NCBI RefSeq assembly: GCF_026571515.1
Contig: NW_026862663.1
Span: 496,001 to 560,000, forward strand
DNA from: Ruditapes philippinarum
Lineage: Eukaryota
DNA length: 64,000 bases
Reading direction: 5' to 3'
The notes beneath the pieces are model-generated. The model searched no databases and was not told the DNA's origin. It worked only from the letters and a program-made list of their open reading frames with translations. A program made the position numbers and the translations under genes. Of the stretch, positions 27,480-41,332 are shown piece by piece (position 1 is the stretch's first letter; each line of letters starts with the position of its first letter).

Positions 27480-27905
27480 AGTAACTAGAGAACCATTTGA
27501 CTCTAAACAGACTTTAAACTTCATAGGATGATCACCCTCATTGATAAATCGACCCCTATAATTTTATGTGAAGGTCAAGGTTATGGTGACTTTAAATGTG
27601 TAAACCATTTCCGATCATTTACTTAGAATATTTTACCCATAACCTTCAAACAGAATCATCAACATAAAAAGACCCTGGTTCAGTAAAAAGACAAACTTGT
27701 ACTGTTGTTGTGCAAGAAAGCTTAAAGGTCAAGGTCAACTGTTACCACTCAATAAGTATCTGACCCACAGCCTTTTTACTACACAGGATGATCCCCATTC
27801 ATTGATTAAAAGTCTTTTTTGTTTTTGGGCACAGATGCATGTCAAGGTCAAAGTGACCTTGGCACAGGTGCATGTCAAGGTCAAAGTGACCCTGACTGAA
27901 AAGTC
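27480..27905 (+). mobile_element. Degenerate Helentron/HINE-type repeat fragment
   Basis: Repeated AAGGTCAAGGTCA-type motifs like those in the intact element at 46159-47945; contains a 33-bp tandem duplication at ~27830-27895. Confidence 0.45.
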
Positions 27906-28410
27906 TCAATAATTTAAGTATGGATAAGGGTTTAAGTCCTTGTTTGTTAGTTTAAAAGTAGAACAACTGTATGATGTAATATCTTTTCTTACATTTTGTG
28001 TCAGATATCATAATAATAAGATTTAGAAGTGAAATATGAGAAATTTAAATATTTATTGACATGCACTGCGAACATTGACAGCTTTACAGTCCAAATATCT
28101 ATAATGTCGTTAAAGGATTTTTTCCTTGATTGATTAAGAAACTAGCTTTATAGGCATGCAAAAAATTGTCCAGAGTAAGGTGTGACAAACTTTTATCACC
28201 TAATTAATTCACAAGTAGCTGAAAATTGGCGCATCAATATTTTTATAATTTATTTTGTACTTCAAGATTCCATTTTTTTTTAGAAATGACTATGATTGTT
28301 AAAGTTGTTGTAATCCTTCTATTTTTAAAAGATAATTGTGTCCCTTTTTCTCATTTATAAACCCATACCATTACATAATCAGTTTTTCTGTGACTTTCAT
28401 AATGGTTACT

Positions 28411-28980
28411 TATTTATGCTACTTAAAGGTAAGGGGGAGGGGGCATATAGGCCATTTTGACATTTATTGCTAAAGGTTAGTTACAAAGGTTTTAAGTATC
28501 TATTTTGTGTCTCCTCTTATAACTCTTTTATCTTTTTAAACAGCTCTGGGGATAATAATGAATAATTTGGTAAAAAATGTAATGTCTTTGACATGATGTG
28601 CATACCTAAATTTCAATTGCCCAGCTTCTAGCAAGGTGAAGGTTACAGTTTTTTGTCTCTTACCTTGAAGTATGTTCATAATACTTTGGTAAATTGTTTA
28701 TCTCTTTGAGACAATGTTAAGAAACAACATTTAAGATGTCTTGCTTCAAGATCAAGGTCACAGTTATAGGTAAAATGTTTGAGCATGTTAATCTATGTTT
28801 GTTTCATATCTCTTGAATTCATTGTGGGACAATGATAATACTTTGGCCAAAGTTTTTAACTCATTCAGATGACTTACAGACACTCAATTTCAGGTTAAGC
28901 TTCTCCACTTTCTGGATGCCCTTTAACTTTTGAATCCATTTAGGGATATTTATGAAACATGTTTATCTATTTGAGAAGAA
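28411..28980 (+). mobile_element. Degenerate HINE-type element
   Basis: 5' module TTTATGCT...GGGGGCATATAG followed by diverged ~150-bp units with AAGGT(G/C)AAGGT(T/C)ACAG. Confidence 0.45.
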
Positions 28981-29619
28981 TTGTTTTACCCTGCTTGTTT
29001 TATTGTTATTGTCTGTCAGTCTCCTATGGTTTAAATACTATAAAACGTCTGTGTAGTCTTTTTAATGGTGAGCTGTTGTTTAATGCATTACCTTACAGAA
29101 ATTGTGCACATTGTCATTATAAATCCAGTATGTTGTCATTGTTATTTAAGTAAATTACATTTTTCTCCAGGTTTTTATTTTGTTGTCACCAGTTATCATA
29201 TTGTGCATCAGGTTTGGTTCTTGATCTGATAATAATATTAGAAGAATTTAGCATTAAGCTGACAAATTGCAAAAACAAACTCATACTGGAAACAGTGACT
29301 ATATTATTTTGTACATATTTAGAATAGCTGTAGACCTACACATTATAACAATAAATAAAATTTATGTTCTAAGACACCAATGCACCCAGACTAAATGATG
29401 GCTCTTTCACATTTTAATGATCTTTTTTAAGGAGAGCCCTCTACAGATCTCTCAACCAAACAAAAGCTGAAATTTAAATTTTAGGGTAAACATAATTTCT
29501 AAAATATTTGATTTAAAAGAGCATGCTTGTTGTTTTTTTTTAATTAAAATAAAGATGACTATGCCAGGGAGAACATTTTTCTTGTCATTTTGCTGGAATT
29601 TTTAGAAATATTCACTTAA

Positions 29620-30213
29620 CCCATTACTTCATGAGCATTTTGTGAAAAATGGCTATTTCCATTGAAAAGTCTCCCGTTACAAGTTCAAATTGCTATAATA
29701 CAATAAAAACTGCTTCAATACTAATCAATCTTGGCACAAATGTTAGCTGGACCATTGCCTTTGCAACAACATGCTCAGGCTTAAATTTTCTGTTACCATG
29801 GCAATGAGGGGACATCTCAAAATTGCCAAAAATCACTATTTTGCGTTGATTTTTTCCGTCAAAATTGATTTCAAAGTGCTGCAACTTCGCAACGGATTGA
29901 GATAGAGTCAAATGCTTTTCAGCGTTGGTTACACGTTACCTTACGATTGATCAGGGGTCATTTTTAGCCTCTCACAAGTCCAAAATTTTCTTGGCGATGA
30001 GGGGGACTGCCGCCCCCCTTCTGGCAATCCCCTGATGTATCTTTTGGCTGGGGGGCCGCGCCGAAAAAGTGTTCACTTTTTTTAACAACATTTCTCAAAC
30101 AAAAACAAGTGTTGGGGGCCTAAATAAGGCAATTTTTCACCATGTGAGACAACAAAAAGGGCGGGGGGGGGGGGGGGTTGGGGTTGAAAAAGGCGTGTAT
30201 ATCGCGTAATGGG
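29620..30213. mobile_element. piggyBac-like non-autonomous element (594 bp)
   Basis: TTAA|CCCATTAC ... GTAATGGG|TTAA: perfect TTAA TSD (29616-19, 30214-17), CCC/GGG termini, 8-bp TIR; interior is CpG-rich against CpG-poor flanks. Confidence 0.85.
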
Positions 30214-31589
30214 TTAAGTGTGTGTTTTCTTTCACATGGTGACACATTTTTAGTGGGTTTTTTTTGTACCATGAAGTTACTGAACTTGGAATTGATCCTT
30301 ACTTCCCCTTTGTCTTTATGCAAAAAATAGTTATCAAAGCTTGGTTAATTATAATACAGAAACACATATATTCAAATGTGATTGAGCCATCGACAAGGTG
30401 CTGGCACCATCGGCATTGCAAATTCTATTCCTCCATAGTTGATGTCAGGAAACATAATAAAATCATTAAATCTTACATTGTCATTATGAACCATAAGTTG
30501 TCACAAGCCTTAAGATACAATTATTTAACATTATTTATAGCAATCATATTGAGTAACATACATGTTTTAAAGCAAATTATTTGCTAGATCATTATTAAGA
30601 TTTCATGCAAATCAAACTAGAAAAAAATCAAACTTGAAAAAATAAGGGTATGCCTCTTTAAAATCAAAATAATTTTTAGTATATAATTAATAATATACTA
30701 TTTTGAAATCAACCAATAAAATACTTCTTTTTCTAATAATTTTTAATAACTTTTGTATCAGTCAGACATAAATAAAGCTATGCTACTTTTGTATCTAGAA
30801 GACAATCAGTTGTTTGACATTACTTTTATTTTTGAGAACATAATTTTGGTATTCTATTCTCCAAAGATATGATTTTTTGGAGAATAGTGAATAATAATTA
30901 TGTACAAAAAATATTGTTGCATGAAGTAGATTTGTTTTATACATTTTATATATAACACAAGAAATTGTTTCCTGTTAGAGAGAAATTAATATAGTATGTT
31001 AAATAACATGAAATGCCTCTTCAAATCTGTTGATATAAATTTGTTTGAATGTCTGCCAATATCGGAAAAAAACTTATTACATAATAAACATGTATATGAA
31101 ATAGTTTAATTTGATATGTTTACCATATAATTATCAAAACATATTGAAAATCTTTCTGGAAGTTATTTTGACCCCAATTAACCAAGGAACTAAATGTACT
31201 ATAAATATAAAAGTGCATTCTTGTTTTATAGCTTTAAATGTCTGTAATTTTCATTAGCATAAAAAAATCTTTCCTGTTAAATTATTTAAGTGTACCAGAT
31301 ACCAAGTAAATTTGTACTGATCATTGCAACAGAATTTTCTTCAAATATAATTATCTCTAGTCTAATGATGATCTTAACAAAGTTTTTGAATGATTTTAAG
31401 TTGGGTTTTTTTCCCAGCTATTCCATGGCATTTACTTTTTGCAGAACCAGTCTGTGATAAATGTTTATTAATAGTCACCACGGGAAACCCATACTGGCAA
31501 CTTGTTCCAGAATCTTGTCACTCGCCTTTCCAAAGAAACAAGGGAGATATAGAAATGTGCTTCTGTCCATCCATCTGTCTGCATGAACT

Positions 31590-32026
31590 CAGTGTTGCAT
31601 CTAGAATTTAAAAATTATGGGAGATTGTTCCCTACTCAACTAAAAAATGTGGGGGATTTGGAAAAAAAGTGGGGGGATTTACATTAACCTTACAATATGA
31701 CATACCGAAAAGAATTCATTTATTTAACGTTTTTGACAGCTATCGTCCGCTTAACATGGGAAATAGAAAAGAAAATATTGACGAATACTATTAAACAAAT
31801 GCAAGATGATCCAGTCAGCTGCTACATGTGCTTTACTACGTATTTTAGTCATTTCCACGAATGAAAACAAACATGGCTGAAGCGTTCAAGATACGATGAA
31901 GATAATCTGAATTAAGTTGAAAAGATCGTCAGATGCGCGACTTTGCGCAAATTGACTTCATTGAAATGCAGGATCTGCATAAAATATGCTCAAATCGCGC
32001 AATCACGCGGCCTAGATGCAACACTG
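31590..32026. mobile_element. hAT-like MITE (437 bp)
   Basis: Perfect 15-bp TIR CAGTGTTGCATCTAG / CTAGATGCAACACTG; CpG-rich interior; TSD only partial (TGAACT/TGAAGT); sits inside an older HINE-like repeat (~31515-32830). Confidence 0.8.
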
Positions 32027-32275
32027 TGAAGTTAAGTGACACAATGGGATGAATATACGTATTTCCATACAGACTGTACAAGTTAGGGAAAAGGTTGCTT
32101 ATGAGGTGAAAATAGGTAGCCTATGGGATTGATAATGGGATTTTAAAGATCAAAGGAGATCAAAAGAATAACCCCATAACATCATCTTAGGAAGAAGGTT
32201 TGTCTGTCCTTCAGACTTTGTGTCCAGTACATAACTCAGCCATTTATCAAATGGATTTGAAGAAAAAAAATGGCA

Positions 32276-32528
32276 CCCCTTGTAGCTGAGGGATACCCTC
32301 TAATGGTTGAGGCATCAGAATTGCAGCCACTGTTTATCCCTGCTTGAGAGCGAACTGAATGTGTTTGAATAAGTTGTAGAGTCTTTGCATCCAGCAGATG
32401 AGGTGTGACCCGTGGTGTTGCTTTGAAATTTGTAACACCGAAGATTAGCCAAAGTCATCTTTCTTTTTTCCGTGTCTCATGACCTGTAGTGTATTGGTGC
32501 CCTGTAAAATATGAAAAACAAAAAATAA
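32276..32528 (+). mobile_element. SINE-like retroposon without tRNA head, copy 1
   Basis: Homologous to 57574-58270 and 62623-62850 (CCCCTTGT(G/A)GCTGAGGG...GGTTGAGGCATCAGAATTG...AGCCAAA...ATGACC); A-rich 3' end. Confidence 0.8.
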
Positions 32529-33626
32529 GAAGTGAAAAAACTTGACACAAAGGTTCACCATAACAGGAGGATGTGGCATGAGAAAGCATTTATGCTTGAA
32601 GATTAATTCAGAATTTGTAGAATTATAAACCTTGACTTAGTAAAAAAATTGTGATTTTCAACTTGTGTCTTGCATAACTCAAAAAGTATTTTACCAAGAG
32701 TCATAAACTTTAACAGGAATGTTGGTCAGCATGTGTGCATCTGGGGTTTTGCTTGTTTATCATAGACCTAATAACCAGGGCATATGTCACATTTAGTGAC
32801 ACACCTTGTTGACTGTACTTGGCTTTCATTATTTGGTGATGTTTTCAAAATGTGTCAACAATTAAGCAAGCATTAAACAGTTACATCATGGGAATGCCTT
32901 CCAGCTATTCATTCTCATGACTTGTGTCCATATGTCCAGGAGGCTAATGATATTGGCTTTACCATTCCATTTTGTACATTCTCTTTATAAAGGTCCATAA
33001 AGAAATCATCATTTTGAAATAAATAACAATGTAAATTTCTATATATAATTACAGTATCATCTTTTCTTTCTGGGATAGTTTGTCACAAGAAATTTGTTAC
33101 TTTCATTGAGATGTTATAGCCAAAATTAACTTTCTACTTTTTTGGTCAAATCGGACAAGACTATATACAGTTCACTGCTAAACTTATAATCTCTTGACAG
33201 TTAAGATGTATCACAACTAGTCCATTGCACAAATTCTGTGTGTGAAATTCAAAACAATAAATAAATAATTGAAAGTTTTAATGAGTTCTAAATCTGTTTT
33301 TTCAAAGCTAATAATAACATTTCTATCTTAGGAAAAGTCAGTACATTTTTATCCCAGAAACAACTGGATTGTTCTTAAGTTTATTTATTATTTAAGTGGA
33401 TCTGTCAGTTTTTATTGAGTAAAATTACACTGTCTATATAGACACAGCAGTAGATATATTGTAAAACTAAATTGGAAAAGAAATCAGATTTTCTTCTCAG
33501 GTTTATTTTTATTAAATTAGCAGACTGAACCACCTGTTTATAAAATACCAAGGGCAACATAAACAGTATCTTTTATACAATGATTGCTTAAATATGTTTG
33601 TAGTGGTTAATTTCTATGTTTTTCAG

Positions 33627-33712
33627 GTTTCTAGTCACTCCAACAATTTTCTAGATCATTTCCAGTCTGGTATTAAAATAATGCAGGCCTCATACCTACC
33701 ACAGTCACAAAG
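33627..33712 (+). other. Candidate spliced exon (86 nt) of an unidentified transcript
   Basis: tttctatgtttttcAG| acceptor and AAG|GTAGGT donor; one frame open throughout (VSSHSNNFLDHFQSGIKIMQASYLPQSQ); no homology recognised. Confidence 0.45.
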
Positions 33713-33926
33713 GTAGGTAACTATGCTGGGATTATTAAACACTTTCTGACAGAGTTATCCTCTAGCTTTTACCTTTACTGCTTTGTAAATTTTTCTTGAA
33801 AAGGTTAAAAATCAAATTCAGATACTTGGAGTCATAAAATGATATATTTCATTCTAAAATATTTTCATCTGAAGTGGATCTAATAGTAATATTTTAAATT
33901 GTTTTGCTACATTTGTATCTCTTCAG

Positions 33927-34019
33927 CAAAAGGGCCCTTCCACTATACCCACAGATATTTAAACCAAGAACCACTTCATACAGAAAGCATGCTGGACAGG
34001 CTCCATGTTGGAAACAAAG
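33927..34019 (+). other. Candidate spliced exon (93 nt) of the same transcript
   Basis: tttgtatctcttcAG| acceptor and AAG|GTAAAT donor; stays open when joined to 33627-33712 (SKRALPLYPQIFKPRTTSYRKHAGQAPCWKQ); an alternative frame gives MLDRLHVGNK. Confidence 0.45.
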
Positions 34020-34258
34020 GTAAATAACTCCATATTGTATGCTATTATACAGAAATTGTATCTGACTTCATTGTCAGTTCAGTAGCAAATGATTGGTGAA
34101 ATAGTAAAATTGATTTGTATTAAATTCAAAATTGTTTCACATAATTCTACAAAACATGTTCAAAGTAAGAAAACTCCTAAAATGATAATATTCAGGATGA
34201 GTGATAACATGACATTTGTTTATAGTGATATTGTGTCACTGCTTATGGTATTTTTTAA

Positions 34259-35886
34259 TTTTGATGCTCCTCCAGGGAGCATTATAGACACCTTCTTGTA
34301 CTACTTACTGTCTGTCGGTCTGTCTGTCACACTATTGTCCTAAAAATAAGTTGAAAAAAAGTATTGAAGGACTTTGATTTAAACTTCCCACAGTGATAGA
34401 GTGCTAGAGACCATTTATAGGAAGTGCAATGTTCAAGATCCTCAACTCCAATCTTGCTTAATTTTTTGAATTATCTCCCTTAAGTTAAAAATGCTTGTCT
34501 GTAGTATAACTTCTAAACTATCAATCATATCTCATTAGGGCTGTGCATTGCCATTTTTTTCTGTCACGATACATATCACGATATTTCTTTTTCAAAACGA
34601 TGCGATTCACGATATGTATTGCATACTTTGAAGAATTGCGATGCATATTGCGATTCTTATGTTGCGATGCGATACGTATCACGATACTGACTTTCAGACT
34701 TCGTATATAAAAATTTGGCCATTTGTTTACAGCATAATTACGAATATAATATAAAACTATTACAGTAGCAAAAAAATAAACTCTTTAACTTGTTGTTATC
34801 ACTTGGTTTCCGATTTTGATCTTTCAACAATTTACTTAAATAATTACTTAAGGATAAAAGGTATTGTTAATTATACCATAACAGCAAATTATTATCTACT
34901 ATTCTAACACTTAAGTCCACTTCTGTAAATATGGCAGTTTAACAATTTCAGTCTTACAATACACTACTAAAGATTTTTCTTGTGAAAAAATAGTAACAAG
35001 TGATTTACAATTAGGTCAACAACTGTGTAAATAACAGTTAATCAGTTTCACTCTAAATTTTTCGTATTTTATTTTGAGTTTGCAAATTTTGCAAACACTC
35101 CGCGTCCGGTCTTCCACATTATACAACGCTGTCTGTTGGTTCCCCAAAAACTACAATGTTCCCAAAACTCGTGAATTATATGACCAGGGAGGATTAACAA
35201 TAGTTTCCCCTTCTAAATATTTTGCAGTCTGCATGTTTGTTTCTTTTGTTGTTATTTTACGGGAAAATGATGTCAACGGAAATGAAAGTATAAATACGTG
35301 ACGAATATCACATGGGAATGTTGTCAGCATCACTATTTTAATCCGACATCAATTGCGATTAAATAAAATTACAAATTCATGTTTGTAGGTTGTTTTTTTT
35401 CTTGAAAACGCATAGATCTCTTATTATTTTTTTTTATTATGAACAAGTTCAAAGAACACCAGCCCATTTATATGACATTGATAAAACTTGGTTAGTTACC
35501 GTTAAATGATTGCGGATATGGGGAAATGAGATGACAACGATGATATGATAATAGTCGCGCTTGTTCATTGTTTCCATCCGAGCTTTTTTTCTTTCTTCAG
35601 TCTTTCAAAAATACAGTTGTCCTTATTTACCTGGAATATATTGTTAGTGTATTGCGATACTTCCCCGCTATATCGATACATCGGGAAGTGAAATATGTAT
35701 TGCATCGCAATATATTGGAATTTGTAATTTCTTTACGATGCATACATCGAGGACAGGGCAGATCGCGATGCATCGATGCATCGATGAATCGTTACACCTC
35801 TATATCTCATTGACACTACATACAGTTGTAAAGAGTAGAGTAAATAGGAAGTGCATTGTCAAAGAACCATAATTCTATATTCTTAG
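34259..35886 (+). mobile_element. Older HINE-type element interrupted by a hAT insertion
   Basis: 5' hairpin ATGCTCC..GGAGCAT, (GTCT)n microsatellite, ~150-bp units with GAAGTGCA..AAGA.CC; the unit resumes seamlessly after 35810. Confidence 0.55.
34536..35802. mobile_element. Non-autonomous hAT (Ac-like) transposon, 1267 bp
   Basis: Perfect 8-bp TSD TATCTCAT (34528-35, 35803-10); TAG...CTA termini (TAGGGCTGTGCA / GTTACACCTCTA); dense subterminal CGAT/ATCG motifs at both ends; no transposase ORF. Confidence 0.9.
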
Positions 35887-37106
35887 TTTTATGCTCCTCG
35901 AAGGGAGAGCAAATAGTCGCCGCCTTGTCTGTCTGTCTGTCCCGTCTGTCCGTCCGTTGCGATAATTTGTTTAAACAGCACACAGTGGTAGAGGGCATTG
36001 AGGCAGAGTGCAGTGCCAAAGAACCATAACTCTGTTTTTGAATTATCTTCCCTTTTAGAAAAATATTGTGCGGAGCATAACCTGAAAACCTTCTTTGTCC
36101 AGGACATATCTCTGAAACCATAAGAGGTATCAACAAGAAAATTTGTAGGTAGATAGATCTCGTAAAATAAAAGTGCAGTGCAAATGAACCATAACTCTGC
36201 CGTGCCTTATCTTGGAGTTTTTGCCCTTCTTTCATTTTTATACATTTAACTTTGTCCTGTACATAACTCTAATACTATAAGAGATATCAACATGAAATTT
36301 TGTAGGTAGATAGATCTCATTGAGTAGAAGTGCAGTGCAAAGAACCCTAACTCTGCCTTCCCTAATTTTGAAGTTATTGCCCTTTGTTCATTTTTTCACT
36401 TTGAACTTTGTTCGAAACCATAGGAAACTGTAGGTAGATAGATCTCATTAAATAGAAGTTCAGTGCAAAAGGACTGTAACTCTGCCTTCCTTAATTTTTG
36501 AGTTATTGCCCTTCATTTTGACACTTTGAACAATGTTCAGGACATAGCTCTGAAAGTATAAGAGATATGAACAAAACACTTTGTAGGTAGATAGATCTCA
36601 TTGGGTAGATGTGCAGTGCTAAAAAACCATAACTCTGCCATGCCAAATTTTGGAGTTATTGCCCTTCATTCATTTTTACCAGGACATAACTCTGACACTA
36701 TAAGAGATATTAAATAAAACTTTGTAAGTAGATAGATCTCATTGCGTAGATATGCAGTGCAAAGGAACTATAACTCTGCCTTGCCTATTTTTGGAGTAAT
36801 TGCTCTTTTTTAATTTTACACTGTGAATTTTGTTAGGGACATTACTGTGAAACTACAAGAGTTATCAACAAGAAACTAAGTCAGTTGTTAGATCTCATTG
36901 AGTAAAAGTGCACTGCAAAGAACAGTAGCTCTGCCTTGCCTAATGTTGGAATTACAATATAATAGAAGTAACTTTGCCTTGCCTAATTTTGGAATTATTG
37001 CACTTTGAACTTTATCCAGGACATAACTCTGAAACTACAAGAAGTGTGCTTTTCTGTGTCCAAATTTATTCGGAGAGCATCATCCGGTTCAAACTGGCTC
37101 TTGTTT
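35887..37106 (+). mobile_element. Helentron-associated (HINE/DINE-1-like) element with internal tandem array
   Basis: T-run start; subTIRs ATGCTCCTCGAA / TTCGGAGAGCAT; GTCT/GTCC microsatellite; about six ~130-160 bp units (GTAGGTAGATAGATCTC landmark); 3' short hairpin then CTTGTTT. Confidence 0.82.
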
Positions 37107-39822
37107 AATTATTATGCCCTCACTCAAGGGTGTGGGGGAGGTGGGCGTGCATTTAGATTTGCCCATGTTTTTCCATTGTGCTTGCATAATAATGATTAAA
37201 TTCAAGGACCTTGAAGATAAAAATCATTGAATTTTGCCAAAACTGCTATAACTTTCTTATTATGAGATTTGAATTATACTTGGACAAAACAACATTTATG
37301 AGAAAAACGAACATTTCAAATTATTTAAGTATGACCTTGACCTTTGTAAGATTAAGAGCCTGTATTCTGCTGGGATATTATTATAGTATTGCAGATATAT
37401 TTTTTGATACATTCAAATTTTTCATACAAAAAAAAATACATTTTAAGTTTATCTGCTACCTCATCCCTTTCCTTTTTTTCTGCAGACAAATTTTGAATTA
37501 AGAAAGGTTTGTTTTCAGAAAATTTGTTGATGTTTGCAAGTTTTCATAAGTAATTCAGAGATATTTAGGCTGGATTATGAAACAGGTAGACATTGAACAA
37601 GTTACTGGTACCCTGTTGCGAACAGTTACTGTTAAACAAATGGGCCAATTGTTAAATGAAAAAAAAAAAACTGCCAGCATTTTTTCCATAGTTCTGCAAT
37701 ACTGTTCGTGTCAGTATAGTCTGATGTGGTACTTGAGAGTTATAAAGTTTATAAAACCTTTGTCTGAGTTTATATATCACTAGATTAACTTCAACAAAAA
37801 ATGTAATATCAGACAAAATAAATTTCAATCATTCTGTATTGTATTGATTATGATTTATGTAAGCAGTCACAAAAATAACTCGAAAAATATTCACTGTTGA
37901 ATTCTTGGCCACCTGTTTATAAAACACAGCTGATTTAGTATGAAGGAAAAACTAAAATCATATCATATGTAAAGCAATGAACATATTGTATGATAATGCT
38001 GAATAAACTCTTGAATCTTGGTTATACTTACCACCCAGTTCTTAATAGGCATTTAGCCATCAGATGATGAATCTATAGTTAAATTTTACTCCATATTATC
38101 CCAATATGGAGGAAGTAACAATTTAGTTCTCAAGGAAGAGCCATTGAACTTTAGCTGGAGAGTCAGATGGATAATATATGGAAGGTCAGACAGACAGACA
38201 ATCAAAAAAGCAGATCAAGAAATTAAAGTATTGTTGCAATTTGTAAGCAAAGTCATAATGATCAATCAAAATTTTAACGATTATCCTGAAACCATAGAAA
38301 CAAAATAAACTTTTAGAAAGCCAACACTGATTCTCATATGAATGAAGGGCCATTTCTTTTTTGCTTTATTTAAAGATTTAGATTTTTTTCTTTTAATTAC
38401 CATAAATTCTGGCCAGTCTTTTCACATTTTCAATATAATATTTTAATTTTGGATTAGATTTGTACTAAATCTTGTGTATTTACACTTTAGAGGCTGAAGT
38501 GTTTGGATGTTCACTAGTTTTAAGACTTATTTAGTTTTCCCTGGCATAGGTTAGGAATTCACAGACAAGATTAACAATTTGTTATGAATTCATTCATTTG
38601 ATCTCGCTGCTAATTTCAGTTTCTTCCTTTTTTCATGCTTTTGATTTTCTGTAATCAAAGAAAATGTGTGCAAATGTTATTTGATATGTAATTTTCTCAC
38701 TTATTTTTGTACCTTTCATGTTTTATTTTTGAACTTGTCTTTTTTTATTGCTTAATATTGCCAGTCTCAAAATCCATTATATGCAAGTGTTATTTCTTTT
38801 ATTCTGGTATATTCAATTAACTAAGGAAAGCCCAGCAGCAAAAAAGAAAAAAACACATATATTTGTAGAACATATCAAGGGTTAAATGCAATTCTGGTAT
38901 AAATTGTTAGTCTTATAAACAAATTAACAAGAAGGGTTTGTAAGCCATTTGTAAGCTTATTTTGGTTATGAAATTTCAGAAACAACAGTTTCTAATGGAC
39001 AGTTCTAAATACAAAGCAAAATAAGTTCATTATGCAAATCCGGCAAGATTAGAGCTAAAACAGTGTCATCTGGTAATGTGAAGCACTCTGGGGTTTTGCA
39101 ACATATAATGTAAATATACAATGTTACCCTTAATGAAATTGCATTAAAGTTTGTATTTGTACTTGAGAAAATTATGTGGGTAGATTTTTTCTGTAGATCT
39201 AGACTGTGTTATCTATAATTTTATAAATAAACAGTAAAAGTAGTTTTGCACAGAGGTGCTGAAATGTCAGGTATGTATTTTGTTCTGCATGTTGATGCTT
39301 GAGTGAGAATTCCAAATGCTAATTGCCTGCTTTGTACTGCACAATTATCCAGAAAATACCTGTTAATTGTGGAAAGCAGATAACAATTGTAGGAAACTGT
39401 GGGATATAGCTGTATTCTGAAAGGTATTTATCTTCCTCAGACATGCTGTAATACAGGTAAAGTGATTGTAAAATGATAAAAAAAGATTTAACTAGAGATA
39501 TTTTCGTTGTGATTTCTGTTGTGGTAACTTTTATAATTAGACAATTATGTGAAAAGGGCTAACTTTACAATTTATCAATATAGTTAAAACAAATGAAATG
39601 AGTTATAAACACAGCAAAATTAGATAGTCATTGTATGAGTCAGTTGGCAACACAATGTATTAAGTATAAAACTGTTTTTATGTTGTTAGTTTGTATATGT
39701 GTTGATTATGTGGCCAGATAAATATGCAAACAAGGAGCATGCTTGCAAATTGCTATGCAGGGCAGACAATGTGCATCATAATGAATACAGAGTATATGCT
39801 TTACTACTTTTATGCTGTATGT

Positions 39823-41332
39823 GCCAGTGCATCTGCTCATGTCCATTGGTATCTTCTCATGCCCATTGGTACCATTCATGCCTATTGGCACCTGCTCATG
39901 AACATTTGTACCTTCTCATGTCAATTGGTACCTGTTCATGACAATTGGTATTTTCTCATGCCTATTGGTACCTGCTCATGCCTATTGGCACCTGCTCATG
40001 CCCATTGGTAGCTGATCATGCTCATTGGTACCTGCTTACTCCCATTGATATCTGCTCATGCCTTTTAGTATCTGCTAATGTCAATTTAAATCTGCTCATG
40101 TCCATTGGTACGTGCTCATGTCCATTTATATCTGCTCATGCCAATACCTGCTCATGCCTATTGGTACCTGCTTATGTCCATTGGTACCTGTTCATGACCA
40201 TTGATATCTGCTCATGCCTATTGGTACCTGCTGATGCCAATTGGTACCTGCTCATGACCATTGATATCTGCTGATGCCAATAATTGGTACCTGCTATTGG
40301 TATCTGCTCATGCCCATTTATATCTGCTGATGCAATTGGTACCTGCACATGCCTATTGGTACCTGTTCATGACAATTGGTATTTTCTCATGCCTATTGGT
40401 ACCTGCTCATGCCTATTGGCACCTGCTCATGCCCATTGGTAGCTGATCATGCTCATTGGTACCTGCTTACTCCCATTGATATCTGCTCATGCCTTTTAGT
40501 ATCTGCTAATGTCAATTTAAATCTGCTCATGTCCATTGGTACGTGCTCATGTCCATTTATATCTGCTCATGCCAATACCTGCTCATGCCTATTGGTATCT
40601 GCTCATGCCCATTTATATCTGCTGATGCAATTGGTACCTGCACATGCCTATTGGTACCTGCTCATGCCTATTGGTACCTGCTTATGTCCATTGGTACCTG
40701 TTCATGACCATTGATATCTGCTCATGCCTATTGGTACCTGCTGATGCCAATTGGTACCTGCTCATGACCATTGATATCTGCTGATGCCAATAATTGGTAC
40801 CTGCTATTGGTATCTGCTCATGCCCATTTATATCTGCTGATGCAATTGGTACCTGCTTATGCCTATTGGTACCTGCCTATGTCCATTGGTACCTGCCCAT
40901 GCCTATTGGTACCTGCTCATGCCCATTGATATCTGCTGATGCAATTGGTACCTGCTTATGCCTATTGGTACCTGCTTATGTATCTTCCCATCCATTGGTA
41001 CCTGCCCATGCCTATTGGTAGCCTGCTCATGCCCATTGATTATCTGCTGATGCTAATTGGTTCCTGCTTATGCCTATTGGTACCTGCTTATGTCCATTAG
41101 TACCTGCCCGTGCCTATTGGTACCTGCTCATGCCCATTGATATCTGTTGATGCAATTGGTACCTGCACATGCCAATTGGTACCTGCTCATGCCTATTGGT
41201 ATCTGCTCCTGTCCATTGGTACCTTCTCATGACCATTGGCACCTGTTCATGGCTATAAATACCTGTTCTTGCACATAAATACGTGCTAATGGCTGTATAT
41301 ACCTGCTCATGCCCACTGGTACCTGCTCGTGC
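39823..41332. repeat. Minisatellite, 20-bp unit GCCTATTGGTACCTGCTCAT, ~75 copies
   Basis: Directly visible tandem units; internal block duplication with a 431-bp offset (ORFs at 39945 and 40376 start identically). Confidence 0.97.

Noticed and set aside
39699-41021. Cys/His-rich ORFs resembling metal-binding or repeat proteins
   Set aside because: Translations of a 20-bp minisatellite that cycle through all frames; no splice context.
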